Positions 24,926 to 37,577 of a stretch of 59,409 bases of DNA are shown here, in pieces. The number at the start of each line of letters is the position of its first letter. Positions within the stretch are counted from its first letter, which is position 1. The DNA is taken from assembly GCF_006345805.1 (NCBI RefSeq), contig NW_021832975.1, positions 1 through 59,409 on the forward strand. Reading direction: 5' to 3'. The notes beneath the pieces were generated by a model. The model ran no database searches, was not told where the DNA came from, and saw only the letters and a list, made by a program, of their open reading frames with translations. The position numbers and the translations under genes are program-made. This DNA is from Octopus sinensis. Taxonomy: Eukaryota.

Positions 24926-26236
24926 CAAATAAGTATATTTCAACAAACACTGACATGTTAAAATATGTCTGTCTTAAAACGCACATGGTATACATATCAC
25001 CCACTCAAATCCAGTGTGTTTAAACATGATCGTACGTATATTTTAACGCATAGAAGTTCAAATAAGTGTATTTATATAAATACAAAATGGCGTACGTGTA
25101 CACACACATATAATGAATACCCACATTGAGTCAAACAGACACACTCACACCACCACACACACACACACACACACACCACACACACACACACACACACCAC
25201 CACACACACACACACCACACACACACACGCGCGCGCACAAACACACACACACACACGCACAGGCATGATAGCTAAACAAACTCTATTAATATGAATGCAA
25301 ACACAGAAACAAAAGATTTTTTCTTGTGCCGTTCCATGATTTGCTGTTTGATGTTTACTCTTTACTCTTTTACTTGTTTCAGTCAGTTGACCTGTGGCCA
25401 TGCTGGAGCACTGCCTTTAGTCGAGCATATCGACCCCCAGGACTTATTCTTTATAAGCTTTATAAGCCTAGTACTTATTTTATCGGTCTCTTTTTGCCGA
25501 ACCGCTAAGTTACGGGGACGTAAACACACCAACATCGGTTGTCAAGCGATGGTGAGGGGACAAACACAGACACCACCACCACAAACATAAACAATACTGC
25601 CCTTATACTCAATAATACTGCCCTCCAGTTTTCTGGACTGGTTACTAGTTCTCTATCTCATTTTCTCATTCATCTGTCGTCCCATAACGGCGACCTATCC
25701 AGGGTTGGTTTCAAAATTAGAACCACAATAACATACCGCAGCCATGCTGTCCCCCCCACCCCAACATAGTTTGACAACCGATGCTGGTGTGTGTTTACGT
25801 TTCTGTAACTTAGCGTTTCGGCAAAAGATACCGATAGAATAAGTACTAGGCTTACAAAGAGTAAGTCGTGGGGTCGATTCGCTCGACTAAAGTAAAGAAA
25901 TCCACCATCAAAGACGCATATTACAAATGCAATGTGTGAGCGAAAACAAGGTGCACTCCTCTCAGTTTCAAACTGTGATATTGTTTTGCTATTTGCAAAC
26001 CTTTTTGTTTATATCTGTTACAGAAACGGTGGTGTATCAGCATGGCCGCAGCTCTGAGCTGAAACAACAGAACTAAATAAAAAAAGATATCAGATATCTG
26101 AAAATAGATCGCGCACACCATTGCACACACACACACACACACATACACACACACACACACACACACATCAGACTCGCACACACATACACACACACACCCA
26201 TTCATACATACACGCAAACATATATATATATATGTA

Positions 26237-26289
<53 letters not shown>

Positions 26290-26763
26290 CTTTCTCTCTC
26301 TCTCTCTATCTATCTATATACCAACATATTCGCACACACACGTACACGCACGTACACGCGTACATACATACATATATACATACATACACACACACAAATA
26401 TATATATAATATATATATATTTGTATACACGCATATATATACACACACATATATATACACACACATATATATACACACACATATGAATATATAATTTATA
26501 TAGCTATACATATAAATACCTGCACATTTATATTTGTGTGTTTGGGTATAATTTAGATCTACATATATCTTTAAGTGAGTAGGCTATACTTGCCGATGAG
26601 GTCTAATAGATTGAAACATCCTCTAATTGTGTTCATTTTCTTTTGAGAGTCACTAAAAATTGTCGATAGATTTTTCCCTTTTACCTCTAATTAGGACACG
26701 TAATTCAATTAAACAAGGGTCCTTTTGAGTAGGGTATTTAGTACGTTTTCACTTTAGTGTGTA

Positions 26764-26977
<214 letters not shown>

Positions 26978-27315
26978 ACTCTATCGACGTACAAATTGGC
27001 ACACATGCATACACGCACGTACGCACAGTCACTCGTATAGTTTAAACGATTAAAAGTTCAAAGATCAAAGCAGATCTGAAATAATCGAAAATGCACTTGA
27101 AATTATTATACACTGGCATCCCCCCACGTAGACACACACACACACACACACAACACACACACATATATATATATATATATCTTGGGATGCGTACATATGC
27201 ATAATTATGTATGTTTGTATATATGTATAAAAACATATATAAACATACATACATTTATATACATATATATATACATATATATACATATATACATATGTAC
27301 ATATATACGTATATA

Positions 27316-27395
<80 letters not shown>

Positions 27396-27937
27396 TATAT
27401 GTAAGTATGTATACGTAAGAATGCATTATATCTATATACTTAGGCACACATCACACACGACGATATACATACCCATAAACGCTATCTCAAAATTTGGCTT
27501 TGACATCGCCAGAACAGACATTCTTTCCTAAACGAATCCACATATTTCTTGTCATAAAAGGGAATGTACCTTTATAAGAGTCACGTTTTGTACACTGAAA
27601 ATAACAGAAACCGGTTTGGTGACATTTATTTGCTAATCCCGACGGATATAAACGACAGGAAGTAAAGTGGCTCAGAATGGCTGTGTTCAGCTCTTTTTAC
27701 TATATAACAAAATACACTGTGTGTAGTCGAAGGGGGTGGGATGTATATCTGTCTGCCTGTCTGTCTGTCTGTTTCTTTTTTCTTTCGCTCTCGCCCTCTC
27801 TCTCTGTCTCTTTCTGTCAATACATAAATGCGTGTGTATATCTGTGGATATGTGCACATTAGAATGAAGTGCAAGTGTGTGTTAGGGTGTGAATGTATGT
27901 ATACATATATAGGCATATATATCTATATGTCTGTCTG

Positions 27938-28023
<86 letters not shown>

Positions 28024-28108
28024 ATCTATCTATCTAATTATCTATCTATGTGTTTGTCTGTCTATATTTCTCTCTGTTTGTCTGTCTGTCTGCCTGTTTG
28101 ACTTTCTC

Positions 28109-28140
<32 letters not shown>

Positions 28141-28191
28141 TCTATCTATCCATCTATCTATCTATTATCTATCTATCCTGAAGCCACCTTG

Positions 28192-28520
28192 AGCATAATC
28201 CAATGAACGCGGGAAAATTTAAAACAGAGAGTTACTTACTTGCAAATAAATGTGTCAACATATGACATTATTGACCGAGGTTACCGTGGTCTTTTCCGTA
28301 GGCTTTTCTTTCCACGGATAAACCTTATCTGTCTCCCCTTTTAAACTTTACATCATGACATTTCTGTGATACACGATTCCTAGTGATCGTTTTTTTTTTT
28401 TTTATACGATCCCTTTTGATCGATAACCTACACACAGTTTTATTTTTCTCCCCAAAAAGAAAAGCTCTACTTTGTAATTTGTTCCCTCTGTGTTCAGCCC
28501 TGTGTGACTAATAAAGAAAC
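28192..28520 (+). mobile_element. ~330-bp LINE-like 3' UTR fragment
   Basis: Colinear with 39705-40059; ends TGTTCAGCCCTGTGTG.CTAATAAAGAAAC. Confidence 0.7.
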
Positions 28521-28684
28521 ATATCTTATCTTTTTTCCATTTTAGGCCTTAGACTGCGGCCATACTGGGGCATCGCCTTGAAGAACTTTCACCCCTATGA
28601 ATCTACCCTAGTACTTATCTGTGTGAAGCCTAGTACTCATTCTTTCAGTTTCTTTTTTGCCGAACTGCTAAGTTACAGAGACGT

Positions 28685-28740
<56 letters not shown>

Positions 28741-29175
28741 ACACACACACACGCGCACAATGGGCCTCCGTCCGTTTTCGTCTTCCAAATCCACCCATAA
28801 GGCTGTGGTCAACCCGAGGTTATAGCAGAAGGCAACTACCTAAGGTATAACGCACTTGGATCGAGCCCGGGACCATCTGGTTGAAAAGCGATATATATGT
28901 TTGTGTGTGTGTGCGTGTGCGCGCGCGCGCACGCTTGTGTCTGTGTATGCTTGTGTGTATGTATTTGTGTGTCTTTGTGTAAGTGTGTGTGTGTGTATGT
29001 ATGTATATATGTATGTATGTGTGTATGCATAAGCATGTACGTATGTATATGTATGTATGTATAAATGTATGTATGTATATGCATGTATGTATGTATCTAT
29101 GTAAATGCATGTAACTATGCATGTTTGTATGTATGTATATGCATGCATGTATGTATGCATGCATGTGTATGTATG

Positions 29176-29206
<31 letters not shown>

Positions 29207-29511
29207 GTGAGTGTGTATGACGTCACTGGAATCACACACCCCAAAACCAACACAAATTTGGAGTGACTCGCTATTCTAGGACACGTCTTACACCCTTTAC
29301 AGGTGTCCACTGTGCATTGAGCAACAGTCAGGAGTGTTTACATCCACTTAACTTAGATGTTCGGCAAAAAGTAACCGAGAGAATAAGCACAAGGCTTAAA
29401 AACATTAGTACCGTGTTCGACTAAAATCCAAGGTGCGTGCCCCAGTATGGCCGTGGTGCAATGACTGAAACAAATAAAGACAAGAATAAAATGAGTAAAA
29501 AGAAACATACA

Positions 29512-29582
<71 letters not shown>

Positions 29583-29584
29583 TA

Positions 29585-30300
29585 TATAACATAAGAGGGA
29601 TCAGCCATCTGAATGTGGCTAGGGTCAGGGCGGGGTGGTGGGGGTGTTACTGATGCATTTTGCCCCAGGCGAACATCGACGTCACCAGAAGAGCTGACAC
29701 CATCTCGGTGTCCTTGCCAGCCAGCAAAGGGAGATCAGCCTCCCCGAAGATACGGATACTACACACGGACCGGTTTCGAGGTTATTGTCTCTTGTCGTGA
29801 CGTCGATGTTCGCCTGGGGCTAAATGCATCAGTAACACCCCCACCACCCCGCCCTGACCCTAGCCACATTCAGATGGCTGATCCCTCTTATGTTATAGAG
29901 CAGTTACTGTTTATATCTCGCCCAGAGATTTATTATTGTTTTCGAACAGATTTTCTACGCCAGTGACTGTGGTTACTGTGAAAATCTATATATATCCAGC
30001 CGGTAGAGGGAGTCCCTCAACGAAGAGCGGTGCTTACCATACGTTGACAAGAGGCAATAACCTCGAAACCGGTCCGTGTGTAGTATCCGTATCTTCGGGG
30101 AGGCTGATCTCCCTTTGCTGGCTGGCAAGGACACCGAGATGGTGTCAGCTCTTCTGGTGACGTCGATGTTCGCCTGGGGCTAAATGCATCAGTAACACCC
30201 CCACCACCCCGCCCTGACCCTAGCCACATTCAGATGGCTGATCCCTCTTATGTTATAGAGCAGTTACTGTTTATATCTCGCCCAGAGATTTATTATTGTT
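29585..30300. mobile_element. Penelope-like terminal repeat arrangement: inverted copy, direct partial copy, then source copy
   Basis: 29585-29796 is the reverse complement of 30046-30257 (2 mismatches); 29797-29940 is identical to 30157-30300; (TA)n flanks. Confidence 0.85.
30038..30080 (+). ncRNA. Type I hammerhead ribozyme with compensatory U3-A8 core
   Basis: CAUACG-UUGACAA-GAGG(CAAUAA)CCUC-GAAA-CCGG-UC-CGUGUG; palindromic ACCGGU helix III; GUC site at 30072-30074. Confidence 0.75.
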
Positions 30301-30347
30301 TATATATATATATATATCATATACCCCTATGATTTTTCAGATGGCCT

Positions 30348-30408
30348 GATAACCGAAGAGATGGTTTTGTGGATTTCCACCTCGGCATCCGAAACTCAGA
30401 GTTTTATC
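30348..30408 (+). ncRNA. Type I hammerhead ribozyme with U4C core and extended helix II
   Basis: GAUAA-CCGAAGA-GAUG(..GUGGAUUUCCAC..)CAUC-C-GAAA-CUC(A)GAG-UU-UUAUC; lies in a (TA)n-flanked element of about 30320-30515. Confidence 0.65.
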
Positions 30409-30806
30409 TTGGCTATTGAATGATTGTCACATATTATTTTACTGATAAATTTCCTCTATTTACATAATATTGAGGTCTCTTTCTTTCTTTTGTTATCTTA
30501 TCGTTTTTACCAATAGGTAAAGTTCCTTCTTTTTAGTGTTTCCAAATCGAAATTAAGAAATTTTGAGCTGACGAAAGAAATGCTGATTTTATTTGGCTAA
30601 TCTTGAAACGTTGACGTACTCAAACGATCTATGTACTTGTGATATTTTTCTGTATTTACCCCCAAACCTTCGTGAGCTGTCTGGAGTAAACATTATCTGA
30701 GAGAAATTTTCTTTAAGTAGTAGAAATGCTAAGAAAAAATTTTTTTGGCTGCTATTTCTACTAAGTTCAGTATGTGGCAAAGTAATTTATTTTACTAAGC
30801 CCTAAT

Positions 30807-30847
<41 letters not shown>

Positions 30848-31408
30848 GGATCATGTGTGGTAAGTAGCTTGGTTACCAACCACATGGTTCCAAGTTCAAC
30901 CCCACTGTGTCGCACTTTGGCCAAGTATCTTCTACTACAGCCTCGGGCCGGTCAAAGCCTTGTAAGTGGATTTGGCAGACGGAAACTGAAAGCAGAGAAA
31001 GATAAAAGAATGAATAAGAGAGAAAAGAAGGAGGAGAGGGATATCAGGGAGAGAGATAGGAAGGGAGAGAGAGAGAGAGAAAAGAAAGAAGGGGGAGAGA
31101 AAGAAAGGGAGATGTAAAGGAAAGGAGAGAAAGAAAGAAAGAATGAGATAAATAAAGAGGCAGATACAGACAAATATGAAGAGGAGGAAAAAGAGAAAGA
31201 AAGAAATGCAAGTCTAAAAGAGAGAAAAGAAAGCACGCGCAGATACATATATATATTAGTAAGTAGCTTTCTTACCAACCATCAGGTTCCGGGTTCAATC
31301 CCACTACGTCGCACCTCGAGCAAGTGTCTTCTACTATAAATAAGCCTCAGGCCGAACAAAGCCTTGTGAGTGGATTTGGTAGACGGAAACTGAAAGAAGA
31401 CCATCGTA

Positions 31409-31448
<40 letters not shown>

Positions 31449-31582
31449 AGTAGTTGAATGAATTATCTTGTTATGGATAATTCGGTTAACCGATACCTGG
31501 GTAGCAAATTCACATCAGAGAAGACACGTTTGAAGTTACGTGCTTTCGTGTGGAAATTTGTATGTCTTTTTTTTAAATATAA

Positions 31583-31664
31583 ATATATGAAAGAATGGAG
31601 TTGAACGACGAATTAACAAAATTCCTTTCGTTAATTCGTCGTTCAAATCCATTCTTTCATATAT
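31583..31664. other. Isolated 35-bp hairpin with 12-nt loop (pre-miRNA-sized)
   Basis: 31583-31617 pairs with 31630-31664 with a single mismatch. Confidence 0.85.
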
Positions 31665-31750
31665 ATATATACCCGTCTGTCTCTTATGTTCGTCCCTTCG
31701 TGTATTTCACGTTATTTATATATGTAAAGGTTTATATTATTATTTATTAT

Positions 31751-31781
<31 letters not shown>

Positions 31782-32429
31782 ATGTGTGTGTGCGTGTGTG
31801 TGTGTGTCTTACAAATAAAGTGGTGAATGTGTGTGAGTATGTATATGTGTGTGTGCTTTCTTCTTTCTTCATTTTGATCTGCTTTTCTTTCTTTTATCTT
31901 TTTCCTTCTTTTCTTGTTCTCTATGCCATATTATCTGCCTCCTTATTTATCCCATTCTCTCTCTCTCTCTTCCTTCGTTTGCCTCTCTCTTTTTTTCTTT
32001 TCTCTCTCCTCCTTCCTTTCTCGCTCTCCTCCTTCCTTTCTCGCTCTCCTCCTTCCTTTCTCTCTCTCCTCCTTCCTTTCTCTCTCTCCTCCTTCCTTTC
32101 TCTCTCTCATCCTTCCTTTCTCTCTCTCTCTCTCTCTCACTCAATTCCTTTATCTTTCTCTCCCTTCCTTTCTCTATCTCCCTCACTTTCTCTCTCTTTC
32201 ACTCTTCCTCTCTCTCACTGTCTTCCTCTCTCTCGCTGTCTTCCTATCTCTCTGTCTTCCTCTCTCTGTCTTCCTCTCTCTCTGTCTTCCTCTCTCTCAC
32301 TGTCTTCCTCTCTCTGTCTTCCACTCTCTCATCATAGCTATTTTCGCCTCCACGAGATCGGCTCACCAACCTGGCTTTCTGATAGCCTTCACATCAGACA
32401 GTCCGAGTGACTGACAACCTGTCCGCCAG

Positions 32430-33385
32430 ATCGCCAGACCGCCAGACCGCCAGTCCGCCCTTCGGCCGCCCGTCGGCTCGTCGGCCCGCCCGTCCGCCCG
32501 TCGGCTCGTCGGCCCGCCCGTCCGCCCGCCCGTCCGCCCGTCCGCCCGCCCGCCCGTCCGCCCGTCCGTTCGTCCGCCCGCCCGTCCGCCCGTCCGCTCG
32601 TCCGCCCGTCCGCCCGTCCGCTCGTCCGCCCGTCCGCCCGTCCGCTCGTCCGCCCGTCCGCCCGTCCGCTCGTCCGCTCGTCCGCTCGTCCGCCCGTCCG
32701 CCCGTCCGCCCGTCCGCCCGTCCGCCCGTCCGCCCGTCCGCTCGTCCGCCCGTCCGCCCGTCCGCTCGTCCGCCCGTCCGCCCGTCCGCTCGTCCGCCCA
32801 TCCGCTTGTCTGCCCGCCCATCCGCCCGTCCGCTCGTCCGCCCGTCCGCTCGTCCGCACGTCCGCCCGTCCGCACGTCCGCCCGTCCGCCCGTCCGCCCG
32901 TCCGCCCGTCCGCCCGCCCGCTCGTCCGCCCGTCCGCTCGTCCGCCTACCTGCATCACTGGCTGGCTGTCCGGCTGGCTGCCCGGTGTCTGCCCGGCTGG
33001 TTGCCCGGCTGGCTGCCCGGGAGGTTGCCCGGCTGGCTGCCCGGCTTCCTAGCTGCCCGGTATCCTAGCTGCCCGGCTTCCTAGCTGCCCGGCTGGCTGT
33101 CCGGCTTCCTAGCTGCCCAGCTGGCTGCCCGGCTTCCTAGCTGCCCGGCTTCCTAGCTGCCCGGCTTCCTAGCTGCCCGGCTTCCTAGCTGCCCGGCTTC
33201 TTAGCTGCCCGGCTTCTTAGCTGCCCGGCTACCCAGCTACCCGGCTGCCCGGCTGCCTGGCTGCCCGGCTGCCTGGCTGCCGGCTGCCTGGCTGCCCGGC
33301 TGCCCGGCTGCCTAGCTGCCCGGCTGCCCGGCTGCCTGGCTGCCTGGCTGCCTGGCTGCCTGGCCGCCTGCCTGGCTGCCTGGCT
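32430..33385. repeat. GC/CpG-rich tandem repeats: (CCGT/CCGC)n then (GCTGCCCG(GCTTCCTA))n and (GCCT/GGCT)n
   Basis: Directly visible; the only long GC-rich simple repeat in the window. Confidence 0.95.
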
Positions 33386-34074
33386 GCCTGCCTGGCTGCT
33401 TGTCAGAGCGCCTGTGCCGTTCTGCTGCTTGCAGTAAGTAAGCACTGCAGTAATTCTGTTCTGCTATATGCAGCAGGAACTCATCAAGTACTGCTGCAAG
33501 ATTGTAAATTCTTTCAGGTTAGCGACATCAGATCCAGATGTTAAAGTACAACGGAATGTATTTGCTGTTTATCACCGATGTGCATGCATGCATCTTTCCA
33601 TTCCATTCTCTCTTTGCTTGCTGTTTGTTGTTGTCACATAAAATAACGCTAATAATAATAATAATAATAATAATAGTAATAATAATAGTAATAATAATAA
33701 TAATAATAATGATGATGATGTTGATGATGATGATGATGATGTTAAAATCAGTTTATCTTTTTTTAATCATCGTCATCATCATCATCAACACCGCCACCAT
33801 CACCGTCATTTTCGTCGTCGTCGTCGTCGTCGTCTTCATAGTATCATCGTCATCATTATCATTATTATCGTCATCGTCATCATCATCATCACCACCACCA
33901 CCATCAATGTCATCGCCGTCATCAACGTCGTCATCGTCGTCATCGTCGTCGTCATTATCATCACCATCATCATCATCATCATCATCATCATCACAAACAC
34001 CGCGCCGCCGCCACCACATTATTGTTGTTGTTGTTATCGTTGTTGTCTTCGTTTATCATCGTCGTCACCACCGC

Positions 34075-34642
<568 letters not shown>

Positions 34643-34746
34643 CTTAGCTTCGCTCATTCTTCAGCGTCGTAATCTTTACGGTGTATTTACTGTTTGTTAG
34701 AGTCAATCGACGTGTCACCATCGCTATTGTTGTTCATCGATGATGG

Positions 34747-34780
<34 letters not shown>

Positions 34781-34788
34781 CACCATTC

Positions 34789-34820
<32 letters not shown>

Positions 34821-34959
34821 TGCAACAGCAACAACTGCAGCAGCACCATCCGGCAGCAGCACGGGCAACCGCAGCAGTAGAAGTACAAGCAGGGACAGCA
34901 GCTGTACCATCACAACAAACGCAGCTGTTAACTACAACCAAACACCTCCACCACCACTA

Positions 34960-34999
34960 TCACCACCACCAATACCACCAACACCACCAATACCATCAT

Positions 35000-35042
<43 letters not shown>

Positions 35043-35098
35043 CCACCACCACCAATACCATCATCATCATCATCATCATCATCATCTCATCATCATCC

Positions 35099-35133
<35 letters not shown>

Positions 35134-35252
35134 TCATCACCAACAACACCAATACCATCATCATCATCATATCATCATCATCATCATCATCATCATCACC
35201 ACCCCCACCACACCAACACCAGCATCACCAATACCACCAACACCACCAATAC

Positions 35253-35305
<53 letters not shown>

Positions 35306-35713
35306 CCACCACCACCAACACCAGCATCACCAATACCACCAACACCACCAATACCATCATCATCATCATCATCATCATCATCATATCATCATCATCACCA
35401 CCACCACCAACACCAGCATCACCAATACCACCAACACCACCAATACCATCATCATCATCATCATCATCATCATCATAATCATCATCACCACCACCACCAA
35501 CACCAGCATCACCAATACCACCAACACCACCAATACCATCATCATCATCATATCATCATATCATCATCATCATCACCACCACCACCAACACCAGCATCAC
35601 CAATACCACCAACACCACCAATACCATCATCATCATCATCATCACATCATCATTCATCATCATCACCACCACCACCAACACCAGCATCACCATACCACCA
35701 ACACCACCAATAC

Positions 35714-35754
<41 letters not shown>

Positions 35755-35868
35755 CCACCACCACCAACACCAGCATCACCAATACCACCAACACCACCAA
35801 TACCATCATCATCATCATCATCATCATCACATCATCATCATCATCATCACCACCAACACCACCAATAC

Positions 35869-35912
<44 letters not shown>

Positions 35913-35961
35913 CCACCACCACCAACACCAGCATCACCAATACCACCAACACCACCAATAC

Positions 35962-36005
<44 letters not shown>

Positions 36006-36054
36006 CCACCACCACCAACACCAGCATCACCAATACCACCAACACCACCAATAC

Positions 36055-36092
<38 letters not shown>

Positions 36093-36141
36093 CCACCACC
36101 ACCAACACCAGCATCACCAATACCACCAACACCACCAATAC

Positions 36142-36177
<36 letters not shown>

Positions 36178-36244
36178 ATCATCACCACCACCACCAACAC
36201 CAGCATCACCAATACCACCAACACCACCAATACCATCATCATCC

Positions 36245-36277
<33 letters not shown>

Positions 36278-36325
36278 CCACCACCACCAACACCAGCATC
36301 ACCAATACACCAACACCACCAATAC

Positions 36326-36357
<32 letters not shown>

Positions 36358-36385
36358 CCACCACCACCAATACCATCATCACCTC
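34960..36385. repeat. Composite minisatellite: invariant ~50-nt CAC/CAA/TAC core alternating with variable (CAT)n
   Basis: Twelve copies of CACCAACACCAGCATCACCA(A)TAC counted between about 35210 and 36310. Confidence 0.9.
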
Positions 36386-36853
36386 CACGACCACGACTTC
36401 CACGATCCACCGACATCTGGTTCATTATAAAAAAAAAACTCTTATCTATTAATAAACTCTCCGGGGTTTTTTCTACTCTAGTTCATCACCATGATGATGA
36501 TGATCATCATCGTTGTCATCGTCGTCGTCGTCATCGTCGCCGTCGTGGTCGTCGACGTTGTCGTAGTCACAGTCGTCTGTCGTTTCATACTGAGTTTTCA
36601 TCTTTTTCCACATACATACATACATACATGCATACATACATACATACATACATGCATACATACATGCAAAAATATCCAGTTGTTGATACTAAAATTCCTA
36701 TGAAGGAACTTTGGATCTAGGTTAGAAACCGGTTCTTTCTCTATTGGCGAGAAATCTTGAAATATACTGAATAATGATGCAGGAGTGGTTGTGTGGTAAG
36801 TAGCTCGCTAACCACTGAACTGTTCGGACGTGTTATTTTGCTGCTCCAGATGA

Positions 36854-37248
36854 GCGTTGTTTCAACGTGAATTGTTGAACTTTCGACTCGACTAAAGGTA
36901 GGAATTTTGTATTTTTGCGAGCGAAGTGAAGTTTTATTACTTGCATGAATGTTTTTTTAGCATTTAATATTTTTTAGCAGATAATAGGGCTCCACTTTGC
37001 TCCAGATATAATTTTTCTGCCTGTGTCGAGTGGAAAGAAAATTGTATTGATGTCGCGTTGTTTCAACGTGAATTGTTGAACGTTCGAATCGACTACGGGT
37101 AGGCGTTTTATGTTTTTGCGAGTTTAGTGAAGTTTTATTACTTGCATGAATGTTTTTTTAGCATTTAATATTTTTTAGCAAATAATAAGGCTCCACTTTG
37201 CTCCAGATATAATTTTTCTGCCTGTGTCGAGTGAAAAGAAATTGTATT
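36854..37248 (+). repeat. Two ~200-bp tandem monomers in the element's 5' region
   Basis: 36854-37048 and 37055-37248 are colinear (period 201); each has the TTCAAC..GTTGAA inverted repeat. Confidence 0.9.
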
Positions 37249-37577
37249 TTTGAAGCGGCATAGTCCGTCTGAAAAAATTATTGTTGAAATTGTCGTTGTG
37301 CTGTCCACGGATTACCAAGGATTATTTACCAAGGGTTTTACCAACAGTGCATTTGGCCTGGATTACAATTTTTGGCCGAAGAAGTGGAAAAAAAAAAAAA
37401 AAAAAGAACTGAATTCCTTTGTCTGAATTGAACTCTCTTTCTCTGTCTATTATTTATTTGTAAAAACTTTTTTGAACTGCCATTTTTAATTTTATTTCTT
37501 CCCTTCTGTTGCATTTTTTCATTCTCCTTTCTGTGGCGAATTTTAGTTTATCATTTTGAACTGTTGTATTTTACGTT

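Noticed and set aside
32363-33084. RGG-like (GGRADGRT)n and (SARP)n ORFs
   Set aside because: Tetranucleotide-based repeat open in many frames; no start context or splice support.
33420-33502. miR-217-like word (TGCAGCAGGAACTCAT) and possible hairpin
   Set aside because: Seed differs and no continuous precursor-length stem could be drawn.
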